Shown here: in pieces, positions 22,398 through 32,305 of the stretch
How the letters are laid out: each line of letters begins with the position of its first letter
Numbering within the stretch: position 1 is the first letter of the stretch
Assembly: GCA_965223545.1 (NCBI GenBank)
Contig: OZ245006.1
Location: forward strand, 5,280,001-5,344,000
Source: Planctomycetota bacterium
Lineage (GTDB): Bacteria; Planctomycetota; UBA1135; UBA2386
DNA length: 64,000 nt
Direction: 5' to 3'
Notes under the pieces: generated by a model
The model's input: the letters and a program-made list of their open reading frames with translations, nothing else
The model's database searches: none
Told to the model about the DNA's origin: nothing
Position numbers and translations under genes: made by a program

Positions 22398-23862
22398 GCG
22401 GGTGCCACACGCCTTCGCGCTCGGTGGCGCGCCCCTGCTCGGCCAGCATCTGCAAGCCGGCGAGCAGCGAGCGCGCCGCGTAGGCGTGCAGCTCGGGCGC
22501 GACGTCGTCGTAGACCACCGGTAGCAGGTCCGCGACCCGGGTGGGTGCTTGCAGGGCAGCCTCGAGCTTGCGCTGCCGTGCGGCGCGGTGGCGCAGATAG
22601 TGCTCGAAGACGGGGCTACCCTGGCGGGCGGCGGGGCCATGCGCTGGATACAGCACGCCGACCTCGAGTTCGCGCAGTCGTTCGAGGCTGCTCAAGTAGG
22701 TGGCCAAGTGGCCGTCGGGTGGGTCGATGATGATGGTCGACACGGTCGACACCATGTCGCCGGCGACCAGGGCGCGGTAGCGGCTCTCCAGATAGCAGAG
22801 GTGTCCCGGCGCGTGGCCGGGAGTGAACACGGCGGTCAGATGGTGGTCGGGCGAACCGTCCGGTGCCGTGCCGAGCGCCACTCGGTCGCCGTCGTTCAGC
22901 GGCGCCCCGCGCGGAACCGGCGGCGCGAGGCGCGACAGCGTCTCCGCGTGGCCGCGCACGCGCCGGTCGAAGCGCCGGCAGATGGCGTCGACCCCGCCGA
23001 CGTGGTCGGGATGGTGGTGGGTGAGCAGCACCTCGCCGAGCGCACGGCCCTCGGCCAAGAGCTCCTCGACGAGCGTCGCCAACCGGTCCTGCTCGTCCGG
23101 GTCGGCGGCGGCGGGATCGATCACGCAGAAACGGTCCTCGCCGACGATCAGGCAATTGGTCGTCGTCGCCGGCGGCAGCGTTTCGGTGTGCAGGCTGGCC
23201 ATGATCACGCCGGGCGAGAACTGCACGCGGTGCAGCGCCCCGCGGCGGTAGCCGTCGGCGAGCGCGCGGCTGGCGGCCAGGAACTCGTCGACGGAGGCGT
23301 CGCACAGCTCCTGCAACAGGATGAGCACCGGGGGCACGATCGAGACCTCGCCGCGCCGCCACGCGGCGAGGGCGTCGGCGGGCCGCCAAAAACGACCTTC
23401 GGTGAGCTCCCCAGACCAGACCGACGGTGCCTGTTCGGGCGGCAAGTCGGCGAGCACGAACAGCGTGTCGTAGCGCACCGGGGAGAACGGGGGGGTGCGG
23501 ATGCGGCAGATGTCGGTGATCGGCAGCGGTCGACCGGCCTGCAGCAGAGTGCGCCAGCCATCGGCCGAGCCCTCCAGCAGTGCGCGGCGCACGAGTTCGC
23601 GTTCGTCTTCGTTCGCGTCGCAGTCGGCCAGCAGGACGCCGGTTTCCTCGAACAGCTCGCGCATCGCGCAGTGCCGCAGCGAGTCCTCGTCTCGTTCGCC
23701 GCCCAGCTCGTGGTCGACGGCGTCGCGGACGCCACCGGGCAGCGCCCAGTAGCCGCCGAAGAAACGGAGCTCCGGCGCTCGGCTCACCAGCAGGACCTCG
23801 CGGTCGGCGCCGTCGCCACGCAGCAAGACGACCGCGGCGGCGTCTCGGTTGCGGGTCTTCAT
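22381..23862 (-). CDS. NUDIX hydrolase - metallo-beta-lactamase (LACTB2-like) fusion
   Basis: Nudix 'PGG...RELFEETGV'; MBL 'THHHPDHVGG', 'TPGHAPGH', 'GD', 'PAHG'. ATGA overlap with the ClC gene. Confidence 0.88.
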   Translation of the reverse strand: MKTRNRDAAAVVLLRGDGADREVLLVSRAPELRFFGGYWALPGGVRDAVDHELGGERDEDSLRHCAMRELFEETGVLLADCDANEDERELVRRALLEGSADGWRTLLQAGRPLPITDICRIRTPPFSPVRYDTLFVLADLPPEQAPSVWSGELTEGRFWRPADALAAWRRGEVSIVPPVLILLQELCDASVDEFLAASRALADGYRRGALHRVQFSPGVIMASLHTETLPPATTTNCLIVGEDRFCVIDPAAADPDEQDRLATLVEELLAEGRALGEVLLTHHHPDHVGGVDAICRRFDRRVRGHAETLSRLAPPVPRGAPLNDGDRVALGTAPDGSPDHHLTAVFTPGHAPGHLCYLESRYRALVAGDMVSTVSTIIIDPPDGHLATYLSSLERLRELEVGVLYPAHGPAARQGSPVFEHYLRHRAARQRKLEAALQAPTRVADLLPVVYDDVAPELHAYAARSLLAGLQMLAEQGRATEREGVWHPLSGRS

Positions 23863-25913
23863 GTGCGGACCTCTTCTGTGTAGTTCTGCACTCCGTGCCT
23901 CGGGCCGAGCACGACCAGTGCCATGCGGTCGGTCAGTCGCAGCTCTCCGTCGGGCAGGAAGCGGCGTTCGACGCCGTGCTCGTCGACTTCGATCACGACC
24001 AGCGGCAGCAGCCCGTGTCGTTCGAGCACGGGCTGACCCAGGCACGTTTGGCCGCGCAGCTCGGGGTGCACGGCCACGCGCGCCAGCTCGGTCTGCGGCG
24101 GCAGCTGGACGTAGGTGTCTTCGGCGGCGTCCTCGACCCGCAACCGCGCGCGCAGGTTGCGTTGCCCCAGCACTTGGTCGGTCAGCAGCGCGATGATGTC
24201 GCGGCGGGTGAGGCGGCCGACCAAGCGGTCGTCGCCGGGGCCGACCACGACCGGCAGCTCGTCGAGGTCGGGGTCGTCGAACAGCTCGAACACCTGCGCC
24301 AGTGTTTGCTCGGGATGCACGGCGGGGGCGGGGCGGGTGAGATCGCCGGCGATCACGATCGAGGCCAGCGTCGGGTCGTTGATGTAGGTCTTGATGTCGT
24401 GGATGTGGATGCGGCCGGCGAGCGATTCGGTCTCGTCCACGACGTAGATCGTGTCGCGGCGTTCGCCGGCGACCAGAGCCATGACCTCGCGGAAGGTGGC
24501 GGTGTAGATCAAGGACTGTGCGTCGGCGCGCATCACGTCGCGCACATAGTTGGTCTGCATCGCCAGAGCCTCGATGCCGCCGACCACGGTGTGGCCCTTC
24601 TCGCGCAGCTTGGCCATGAAGATCGAGTCCGGCTGCAGCATCCTCGCCATGAGGCTGGCGAGGATGCTGCAGATCATCACCGGCAGCACGAGCTCGTAGT
24701 TGCGCGTGAACTCGAACACCAGCAGCACGGCCGTGATCGGGGCGTGCGTCGTGGCGGCGACCAGGCCGGCCATGCCCACCAGCGCGAAGCCGGTGTGCAG
24801 GGCGGGTGAGCTGAGCTGGAGCCAGTGGTCGGGGAGCAGCAGCAGGATGCCGCTGGCGTAGCAGGAGCCGAGCGCGGCGCCGACGACCAGCGTGGGGGTG
24901 AACACGCCGCCGAGCGCGCCCGAGCCGATCGAGATGGACGTCGCCAGCGACTTCAGCACCATGATCAGGAGCAGCATGCCGACCGCGGTGTCGCCGCGCA
25001 GACTGATGATGTCGGTGACCACGGCTTGGCCGTTGCCCCAGACCTCGGGCCGCCAGATGCCGATCGCGCCGACGAGCGCCCCGCCGACCGGCAGCGCCAA
25101 CCACGGCGACCAAGCCAGGCGGCGAAAGGCGCGTCGCCCCTGTGCCAGCATCACGCGAAACCCCAGGGCGCCGACGGCGCAGATGCAGCCGAGCAGCACC
25201 GCGCAGCACACCAGGGTCGCGTCCATCATGCTGAGTTGGCTGACGGTCTCGACCTCGTACAGCGCGTGGCTGGCGATCTCCGGCCGCAGCGCGCGGTTGA
25301 CCAACGTGGCGATCACCGCGCTGACGACGATGGGCGCGAAGACGTCCATCGCGAAGTTGCCGAGCACGACCTCCATGACGAACAGCGCGCCGGCGATCGG
25401 CGCGTTGTAGGAGACCGCCATGCCGGCCGCGACGCCGCAGCCGAGCAGAACCGATCGGTCGCGGGAAGAGCAGCGGAACAGGCGGGCGAACGAGGATGCC
25501 GCGGTGGCGCCGAGCTGTGAGTTGGCGCTCTCGCGCCCGATGCTGCTGCCGGTGGCGATCGACGCGGCCGACGACAGAATCTGCTGGAGAGCGTGGCGCA
25601 GCCGGATGCCGCCCTTGCGAGTGATCACCAGATCCATCACGTCGCCGATGCCGAACGGCGCCGCGGTGTGGCGCAGGCCGAACAGGCAGGCGGCGGCCAG
25701 CAGCCCGCCGAGGGCTGGCACCACCACGCGTTGCCACGGCGTCAGCCGCTCGGCGGCTTCGAGCAGTGAGTCGCCCTCGACGACGCGCAGCAGCTGCCAC
25801 GCCTCGAGCAGACTCTGGAACAGGAAGCCCAGCAAACCACCCGCCGCGCCGACCGCGGCCGCGAGCAGGAACAGGCCGGCGGCCCGCGCGGGGGATCCCT
25901 TTGGCTTCGCCAT
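23859..25913 (-). CDS. ClC chloride channel/antiporter with CBS pair and TrkA-C-like tail
   Basis: 'GSSIGRES', 'YNAPIAGALF..E', 'GGVFTP', 'HAPITA...FEFT.NY'; CBS domains ('VRDVM', 'LPVV'). Confidence 0.9.
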   Translation of the reverse strand: MAKPKGSPARAAGLFLLAAAVGAAGGLLGFLFQSLLEAWQLLRVVEGDSLLEAAERLTPWQRVVVPALGGLLAAACLFGLRHTAAPFGIGDVMDLVITRKGGIRLRHALQQILSSAASIATGSSIGRESANSQLGATAASSFARLFRCSSRDRSVLLGCGVAAGMAVSYNAPIAGALFVMEVVLGNFAMDVFAPIVVSAVIATLVNRALRPEIASHALYEVETVSQLSMMDATLVCCAVLLGCICAVGALGFRVMLAQGRRAFRRLAWSPWLALPVGGALVGAIGIWRPEVWGNGQAVVTDIISLRGDTAVGMLLLIMVLKSLATSISIGSGALGGVFTPTLVVGAALGSCYASGILLLLPDHWLQLSSPALHTGFALVGMAGLVAATTHAPITAVLLVFEFTRNYELVLPVMICSILASLMARMLQPDSIFMAKLREKGHTVVGGIEALAMQTNYVRDVMRADAQSLIYTATFREVMALVAGERRDTIYVVDETESLAGRIHIHDIKTYINDPTLASIVIAGDLTRPAPAVHPEQTLAQVFELFDDPDLDELPVVVGPGDDRLVGRLTRRDIIALLTDQVLGQRNLRARLRVEDAAEDTYVQLPPQTELARVAVHPELRGQTCLGQPVLERHGLLPLVVIEVDEHGVERRFLPDGELRLTDRMALVVLGPRHGVQNYTEEVRT

Positions 25914-25956
25914 GTGCCGGCGAGAAGCGTAGCGCGCCCGCGCGACCACGCACGCG

Positions 25957-26026
25957 TGATGGTACGGAGCCAGGCTCCGTACTGTCGAACTTGATGGTAC
26001 GGAGCCAGGCTCCGTACCGCCGAACT
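25957..26026. repeat. Tandem pair of 35-bp palindromic REP-like units
   Basis: Two copies, 33/35 identical, each containing the perfect inverted repeat GTACGGAGCC-A-GGCTCCGTAC. Confidence 0.9.
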
Positions 26027-27446
26027 ACTGGCTTGGGGTGCCGCAGCAGGTGGCGTGTGGCTCGGTGTCGGTGTGCTCGCCGCAGTTTTGGAGCTCGTCG
26101 ACGGGGACGCGCCGGTCGGCGCCGATGACGGCGGCGATCGCGCTGACGTGTCCCTCGTGGGGCTCTCCGACGATGAGGTCGGTCGGCGCGTCGGCGGGCA
26201 GCGCGCCACCACCCTCGGCGGTGAGCAGGCGGATCGATGGTTGGCGGAGGCTCGGGCCGGTGCCGACGACCAGGGCCTGCTCGCCGCGGTCGAGCTCGAC
26301 GCGCGTTCCAATCGGATACAGGCCCAGGGCGCGGACGAAGAAGCGCAGCCAGCGCGGGTCGAAGCCGTCGCGCATGCGGTGCATGATCACGTACGCCTCG
26401 ACCGGCGTCATCGGCGCCTTGTACGGACGTGCAGCGGTGAGCGCTTCGAAGACGTCGCAGACGCGCACCAGCTTGCTGACCCCGCTCGGCTCGAACGGCA
26501 GCGCGGGCGTCGGATAGCCGCTGCCGCCGGGTCCCATGTGGTGGCAGAAGGCGGCGCCCACCGCGATCGGATCGACGCCGTCCTGCTCGAGCAGGATCTC
26601 GCCGCCCAGCCGGGCGTGCTCGGCCATCACGCGGCGCTCGTCGTCGTCGAGGGCGCCGGTCTTGAACAGCACGTCCTGCGGAATGCGCGACTTACCGATG
26701 TCGTGCAGCAGCGCGGCGGTGCCGGCCTGCGTCAGCTGCCGGTCGCTCGCCCCCGCTGCCCGGGCGACGTGCAGAGCGAGCAGGGTCACCCGCACGGAGT
26801 GGCCGACGGTGAAGTTGTCGATGTCGTCGTGCATCGCCAGGGCCAAGAGCTCGCTCGGCGCGCGGCCCATCAGCGCCATGGTGCGGTCGACGACCGATGT
26901 CGCCTGGTCGAGCTCGATCTCGTCGCCGCGATAGGCGTTGACGTGGTTGTCCTGGAGGAAGCCCGACAACGCCTGATAGCTGGTCAGGCCGGCGTCGGTC
27001 TCGCCGTCCTCGGCATCGCGGCCGTCGCGCACGAGGACGCCCACGTTGTGGATGCCCAGCCGCGCCAGCGCCGGCTGCAGGTTGGTGGGGGCAAAAGCAG
27101 CGCTCTCACCGGGGTCCATCAGCAGCGCGAAGAAGCGCAGGATCTCGTCGTCTTCGGCCGAGGGCGCCAGCTCGAGCGCGTCGATGCCGCGCTCGGCCAG
27201 CAGGCGCAGCAGTGGCGTCGCCTGCAGGGTCGTGCGCAGCAGGGTGTTGCCCGCGCACGTCAGCCGGTCGCCGCGCCGCTCGAGGCGGATCGCGCCGCTC
27301 TCCTGCTGCAGCAGGTCGACGGCCGCGCGCACGGCTGCGCGCGACAGAGCGTGCGCGCTGTCGTGCATCTGCAGCTGCACCACCAGGTCGACGAGGGCGA
27401 CGCCCAGCTGATCGACGCGGCCGTGGTGGGTGAGGGCCGTGGTCAC
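26025..27446 (-). CDS. HD-GYP domain cyclic-dinucleotide phosphodiesterase
   Basis: 'HSVRV', 'LLHDIGK', 'CHH..GSGYP', 'VCDVFEALTAARPYK'. GTGA overlap with the upstream gene. Confidence 0.88.
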   Translation of the reverse strand: MTTALTHHGRVDQLGVALVDLVVQLQMHDSAHALSRAAVRAAVDLLQQESGAIRLERRGDRLTCAGNTLLRTTLQATPLLRLLAERGIDALELAPSAEDDEILRFFALLMDPGESAAFAPTNLQPALARLGIHNVGVLVRDGRDAEDGETDAGLTSYQALSGFLQDNHVNAYRGDEIELDQATSVVDRTMALMGRAPSELLALAMHDDIDNFTVGHSVRVTLLALHVARAAGASDRQLTQAGTAALLHDIGKSRIPQDVLFKTGALDDDERRVMAEHARLGGEILLEQDGVDPIAVGAAFCHHMGPGGSGYPTPALPFEPSGVSKLVRVCDVFEALTAARPYKAPMTPVEAYVIMHRMRDGFDPRWLRFFVRALGLYPIGTRVELDRGEQALVVGTGPSLRQPSIRLLTAEGGGALPADAPTDLIVGEPHEGHVSAIAAVIGADRRVPVDELQNCGEHTDTEPHATCCGTPSQ

Positions 27447-28021
27447 CGATCCTCCGCCTGCTCGGCGGCCCGCAGCGCGCGCTCGGCGGCAGCGTGCAGG
27501 GTGCGGAACAACAGCGGCATGTCCGGTCGCCCCATCGCCTCGGCCAGCAGCCCCACCAGCTCGCCCAACACCGTGGCGTCGACCCCGCGCCAGGCGGCGA
27601 GGTCGCGCATCGCCCCGCGCAGCTCGGCGGTGGCGCGTTGCCGCGCGACCCCGCCGCCGCGCATCGAGATGTCGGCCAGGATCCACAGCCGCTCTTCGCC
27701 CAGCCGTTCGTCGAGGGGCGGCGCTGGGGCGCACTCGATCTCGGTCGTCGCCGCCGCCAGCGCGCGCAGCTCGTCGGCGCGGATCGGCGCGTCTTTGGAG
27801 CGGCGGGCCGGTGGGTCCTCGCGCCACGCGACCGGCTCGGCGCCGAGGCTCATGTGCCGCAAGAAGACGCTGGTGACCGCTTGATCGAGGATCTCTGCCT
27901 CGACCGACGGATCGCAAGCCAAAGTCGCCAGTGGCGCTCCGGTGGCGTTGGTCACGGGCCTCGGACCGTCCGTTCCGGCGGTCGGTTCGCTGGCCGGTTG
28001 CTTGCGTCGCGGGCCTGCCAT
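27443..28021 (-). CDS. Hypothetical protein coupled to the HD-GYP gene
   Basis: 192-aa ORF whose stop overlaps the HD-GYP start. Confidence 0.55.
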   Translation of the reverse strand: MAGPRRKQPASEPTAGTDGPRPVTNATGAPLATLACDPSVEAEILDQAVTSVFLRHMSLGAEPVAWREDPPARRSKDAPIRADELRALAAATTEIECAPAPPLDERLGEERLWILADISMRGGGVARQRATAELRGAMRDLAAWRGVDATVLGELVGLLAEAMGRPDMPLLFRTLHAAAERALRAAEQAEDR

Positions 28022-28213
28022 CCCGGTTCTCGCATCGGCCAGTGGGAAGGCCGCGGTTGACGGCGCCGCGGCGCGGCGTCCCAGAGCGGGACGCGCGACG
28101 CCTCAGAGCGGGGCCCGTGCTCGGAGCAGTGTCGCGAACTTCGACAGGGTTCGGCCAAAACGCTGGCCGCGGCGGCCGGTGGCTCGCGCATTGGCGTCAG
28201 CAGAGGAACCCAA

Positions 28214-29914
28214 ATGCAAGACCTTCGATCCCCCTTCGTCGCCGTCGCCGCGGCTCTCGCGGTCGCCTCTTCGGCCGCTTCGCAGACCTACTCGCGCGTG
28301 TACCGCGACGATACCCGAACCACCACGGTGGAAGCCGTCCGCCAGCTCGCCGATGGCAGTCTGGTGATGGCCGCCAACACGGATGGCAAGTACGCCGGGC
28401 TGGTGCGCATCGACGGCGGGGGCAACCCGGTCTGGCAGTTCACCTATGACGGACTGCCGAACGACCGCGGTCTGTTCTTCGACGTGCAGGAGAACGCGCT
28501 GCGCGACTTGATCGCGGTCGGCCACCGCGACTTCCACCCCTACTTCGGTGTGGTCTCATCGCAGACCGGCCAGCTGCGGCAGAGCTGGGAGACCAGTCAG
28601 GACCGCGGTTCGCTGCTGGCGGCGGTGCCGGACGCGACCGGCGGCTTCACCGCCACCGGTTGGATCACCGGCCCCCAAGGAGACGCCGACGTGCTCGTGG
28701 TGAAGGTCGACTTCAAGGGCAACGAGGTCTGGCAGCGCCGCATCGAGATCGCCGGTGGCGACGAGTTCGGCGATGCCATCCAGCACATCGGCGCCGACAC
28801 CTTGATCGTCGGCCGGACGGCGTCGGTCGGAGTCGGCGGCAACGACCTGTTGTTCCTGTTGGTCAACCAGTTCGGTGACACGATGTGGCAGCGGACGGTC
28901 GGCACGCAGGGCCAGGACGGCATCGCCGGTACGCCGGTGGTCGCGAAGAGCAGCGATGGCTCGTTCTTCGTCGTCGCCGGCCGGGACACCCAGGGCTCTC
29001 GGGGCGACGACGTCTGGCTTCTCAAGCTCAGCGCGAATGGCTCGGTGATGTGGGAAGTGCTGTTCGACGCCGGTGTCGATGCGCCGCGATCGGTGTGCGC
29101 GACCGCCGACGGCGGCTGCGCGATTCTGGCGGACACCAAGGCGGTCGGCAGCACCGACTCGGATCTGTGGCTGATCAAGGCGGACGCGCTTGGCGCGACC
29201 GAATGGGAGCGTCGCTACGGCAGTGCCGTGCCGGACACCGCGGTCGACCTGGTCGCCACGCGGGACGGCGGCTATGCCTGCGTGGCGCGCACCACGGGCT
29301 TCGGTGCGTCGCCCGCGCCGGGCAGCTGGGTGTGGACCCTGCGCCTGGACTCCCGCGGCCTGATCGGGCAGCGCTGCCACGTGGCGGCTTCCGTGGCGTC
29401 GCGCAACAGCGGCTGGATCCGCACTGGCACCACCATCTCCACCACGGTGGGAGCGGCGATCCCGGTGGTCGGTGGCTTCGGGCTGTCGTTCCTGATCGAC
29501 GGCTTCCCCACGCTCATCGAGGCGGTGCAGTGCGCCACCAATGGCGGCGCGTGGACCGATCTCGCCAACGCGACGCCAGGCACCGGCGGGGCGCCCGAGC
29601 TGGCCGGCTCGGGCACGATGTGGCCGGGGACGCGCTTGAACTTGGTGCTCAACGGAGGCTTGCCGGCCACGCCGGGCGTGCTGCTGCTCGGCACCCAGAC
29701 CGCCTACGTGCCCGCTGCGGGGATGACGATCGTGCCGCTGCCGGCGGCGACGGTGCCGCTGCCGGCGGTGCCGGCCAACGGCCACACCACTTGGGGTTTC
29801 ACTTGGCCGCCGGGCGCCCCCGCCGGCCTCGAGATCTTCAGCCAAGTGCTGCTGGTGGATCCGGCCGGTCCGCAGGGCTTCGCCGCCACCAATGGCGTGC
29901 GCGGCCGCAGCTGA
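28214..29914 (+). CDS. Secreted beta-propeller repeat protein with C-terminal beta-sandwich-like domain
   Basis: Signal peptide 'AASQ'; repeats of 'DVLVVKVD.KGNEVW', 'DVWLLKL..NGSVMW', 'DLWLIKAD..G..EW'. Confidence 0.75.
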   Translation: MQDLRSPFVAVAAALAVASSAASQTYSRVYRDDTRTTTVEAVRQLADGSLVMAANTDGKYAGLVRIDGGGNPVWQFTYDGLPNDRGLFFDVQENALRDLIAVGHRDFHPYFGVVSSQTGQLRQSWETSQDRGSLLAAVPDATGGFTATGWITGPQGDADVLVVKVDFKGNEVWQRRIEIAGGDEFGDAIQHIGADTLIVGRTASVGVGGNDLLFLLVNQFGDTMWQRTVGTQGQDGIAGTPVVAKSSDGSFFVVAGRDTQGSRGDDVWLLKLSANGSVMWEVLFDAGVDAPRSVCATADGGCAILADTKAVGSTDSDLWLIKADALGATEWERRYGSAVPDTAVDLVATRDGGYACVARTTGFGASPAPGSWVWTLRLDSRGLIGQRCHVAASVASRNSGWIRTGTTISTTVGAAIPVVGGFGLSFLIDGFPTLIEAVQCATNGGAWTDLANATPGTGGAPELAGSGTMWPGTRLNLVLNGGLPATPGVLLLGTQTAYVPAAGMTIVPLPAATVPLPAVPANGHTTWGFTWPPGAPAGLEIFSQVLLVDPAGPQGFAATNGVRGRS

Positions 29915-29930
29915 CGCTGCCGGGCGGCCA

Positions 29931-31616
29931 CTACAGCCGGATCTCGTGCGCGTCGGTGGCCGCGAACACTCCGTTCGCCGGGGCCGGCAGTCCCAGGCTC
30001 GCCGGCGCCGCTCCCGGCAGCGCCAGCGTCTGGAAGAACAGGCTGACCCCACTCAAGCCCGCGGGAACCGGCATCGCCCAGCGCCAGCCGCCGGGCAGGA
30101 CGAGGGCGCCGCTGAACGGCGAGCCAGTGCCGTTGGCCAGCGGGATCAGGAAGCCCGGGTCGAGCGCGAAGCCGGGAATCGTCGGCGCCGGCAGCCCCGT
30201 CGCGGTCAGTGTCGGGGACGCCAGCAACAGCAGCGGAGCGTAGTCGAACGTGCCCTGTGGTGAGTGCACGTGCAGGGTCAGCAGCTCGCCGGCGGCACCG
30301 TTCTTGACGTCGTGCAGCGGGCCGCCGCTGAACAGCGGCGCCGCCGAAGGCCCGTGGACCGCGGACAGTAGCTCGAAGTCCTCGGCGGTGCCCGGGTAGT
30401 TGCCGCGGCGCGGCGTGATGTTGCGGTGATGGGCGAAGCCCTCCGGTCCGCCGCCGCGGTAGAGGCCGAACACGAGGTCGGTCCGCGAATCGCGATCGAA
30501 GTCGGCGGCCACCACCGCGAAGCCCTCGGCCGTGGGCGTCGAGATCGTCATCGGCACCACGCCGCCCGCCAGCCCGGACCCGGTGCAGCCGAGGGGGTCG
30601 AAGCAGCCGCGGCCGTCATTGAACCAGAGGTTGGCCCCGCCAACCCGTTGGATCGCGACGATCAGGTCCAGGTCGCCGTCACCGTCGAGGTCGCCGGGCG
30701 CGATGTCCTGCGCCCACTGGGTGGGCGCGTCGTAGCGCTGTGGGATGAAGCTGCCGCGGCCGGCGTTGATCAGTACGACCATCGGAGCGGGCGTGCCGGT
30801 CGAGAAACCGACCGCCGCGCCGGCGATGTCGTCCCGGCCGTCGCCGTCGAAGTCCGCCACCGCGAGGCGAGCGATGCCCGTGTGGCCCACCGCGATCGCC
30901 ACCGGGGCGGCGAAGCCGCCGCTGCCGTCGTTCGCGCGGGAGTAGAAGGTGCCCAAGTGCACCTGGATGATGTCCGGGGTGCCGTCGTCGTTGGCGTCGC
31001 CGATCACGATCTCCGGCGCTGTGGTCGAGCCGCCGAAGGTGGGGCCCGCGGATGTGATCGTGGCGAACAGGCTGGCGCCCGGGCCGCCGCGGGCCAGCAG
31101 GGCGGCGCCGAACCCGTCGGCGGCGACGACGTCGTCGATGCCGTCCCGGTCGAGGTCGGCCACCGCCAACCGCGAGCAGTTGGTCGACAGAGTGAACTCC
31201 GTGGGGCTGCCCAGCGCGAAGCTGCCCGAGCCATCGCCGAGATAGGCGCGGAGTCTGCGCGCGCGCGGGATCACGGTGATCAGGTCGAGGTGCCCGTCTC
31301 CATCGACGTCGCCGTGGCCGATGTCGCCGACGTCTTCGGTCAGGGTGCTGGCGGCGGCGCCGAAGTTGCCGTTGCCGTCATTGAGGACCACCGACAGGCC
31401 GGCGCGCGCGCCCGTGGTCCCCCACGTGCCGCCAAAGGCGAGGTCGACGGCGCCGTCGCCGTTCCAATCGCCGGCGGTCGCGCGCGGATAGCCGGTGGGC
31501 AGGGTGCGCTCGATGGGCGCGGCGAAGGTGGCGGTGCCGGCCTGAGCCATCGCGCCGGCCGCCGAGACGTGAAGCGCGCAGAGCAGCGCGACGGTACCGT
31601 TCGTGTTTCGATGCAT
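29931..31616 (-). CDS. Secreted FG-GAP/VCBS repeat protein
   Basis: Multiple 'GDWNGDGAVDL', 'DVDGDGHLDL', 'DFDGDGRDDI' motifs; signal peptide 'AMAQ'. Confidence 0.85.
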   Translation of the reverse strand: MHRNTNGTVALLCALHVSAAGAMAQAGTATFAAPIERTLPTGYPRATAGDWNGDGAVDLAFGGTWGTTGARAGLSVVLNDGNGNFGAAASTLTEDVGDIGHGDVDGDGHLDLITVIPRARRLRAYLGDGSGSFALGSPTEFTLSTNCSRLAVADLDRDGIDDVVAADGFGAALLARGGPGASLFATITSAGPTFGGSTTAPEIVIGDANDDGTPDIIQVHLGTFYSRANDGSGGFAAPVAIAVGHTGIARLAVADFDGDGRDDIAGAAVGFSTGTPAPMVVLINAGRGSFIPQRYDAPTQWAQDIAPGDLDGDGDLDLIVAIQRVGGANLWFNDGRGCFDPLGCTGSGLAGGVVPMTISTPTAEGFAVVAADFDRDSRTDLVFGLYRGGGPEGFAHHRNITPRRGNYPGTAEDFELLSAVHGPSAAPLFSGGPLHDVKNGAAGELLTLHVHSPQGTFDYAPLLLLASPTLTATGLPAPTIPGFALDPGFLIPLANGTGSPFSGALVLPGGWRWAMPVPAGLSGVSLFFQTLALPGAAPASLGLPAPANGVFAATDAHEIRL

Positions 31617-31765
31617 GCGTTGAGTTCGGGATCGGGTCGGGGTCGTTCTCCGTGCGATCGGGCGTGCGGCGACGCGCACCGATTTTCTGGATTTTCCACG
31701 CCCACGCGTTGGCCCCGCCGGCGGCGGCGGCGGTCCAGGCATACAATCCACCGTAAGGCGCCCCC

Positions 31766-32305
31766 ATGAACCAACACGGAGCATCCCCACCGTCGGACGA
31801 AGAGTTGCTCGAGCGCGCCATGCCCACGCTGCGTCGGCTGGCGGACGACCTCTTGGCGCGCGATCGGGTCGATCACACGCTGCAGCCGACGGCCTTGGTG
31901 CATGAGTTGTACCTCAAGTTGATGCGGCAGCGCGGCTTCGAAGGCCTCGACGAGGACCGCCTGCTGGCGATCGCCCGGCGGGCGATGCAGCAGATCTTGA
32001 TCGACTACGCGCGCGGTCGGAGTGCGGAGAAGCGAGGCGGTGGCAGAAGCCGCGAGGCGGACTCTGCTGCGGCTGCCGTGGCGCATCGCGACCAAGGCGA
32101 CCTGCCGGAGCGATTGCGCGCCGCGGTCGACCGCTTGCGCGAGCACCACCCGCGCGCGGCCGAGGTGGCGCGGTTGCGCATCTTCGAGCCGGTCACTTTG
32201 ACCGAGATCGCCGAGCGCATCGGAGCCGCCCTGCGCACCGTGCAAAAGGACTGGCGCTTTGCCTGGAGCTGGCTCGAGCGCGAGCTCGAGCTCCGCCCGC
32301 GATGA
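31766..32305 (+). CDS. ECF sigma factor, kinase-associated type
   Basis: 'HTLQPTALVHELY', 'MQQILIDYAR...KRGG', and a sigma-4 HTH 'EIAERIG..RTVQKDW'. Confidence 0.9.
   Translation: MNQHGASPPSDEELLERAMPTLRRLADDLLARDRVDHTLQPTALVHELYLKLMRQRGFEGLDEDRLLAIARRAMQQILIDYARGRSAEKRGGGRSREADSAAAAVAHRDQGDLPERLRAAVDRLREHHPRAAEVARLRIFEPVTLTEIAERIGAALRTVQKDWRFAWSWLERELELRPR

Noticed and set aside
22381..25953. 1190-aa ORF as a single giant fusion
   Set aside because: The N-terminal ~700 aa is an off-frame shadow of the ClC gene; the real gene starts at 23862.
25957..26026. Possible mini-CRISPR array
   Set aside because: Only two directly abutting units with near-identical intervening bases, no unique spacers and no cas genes.
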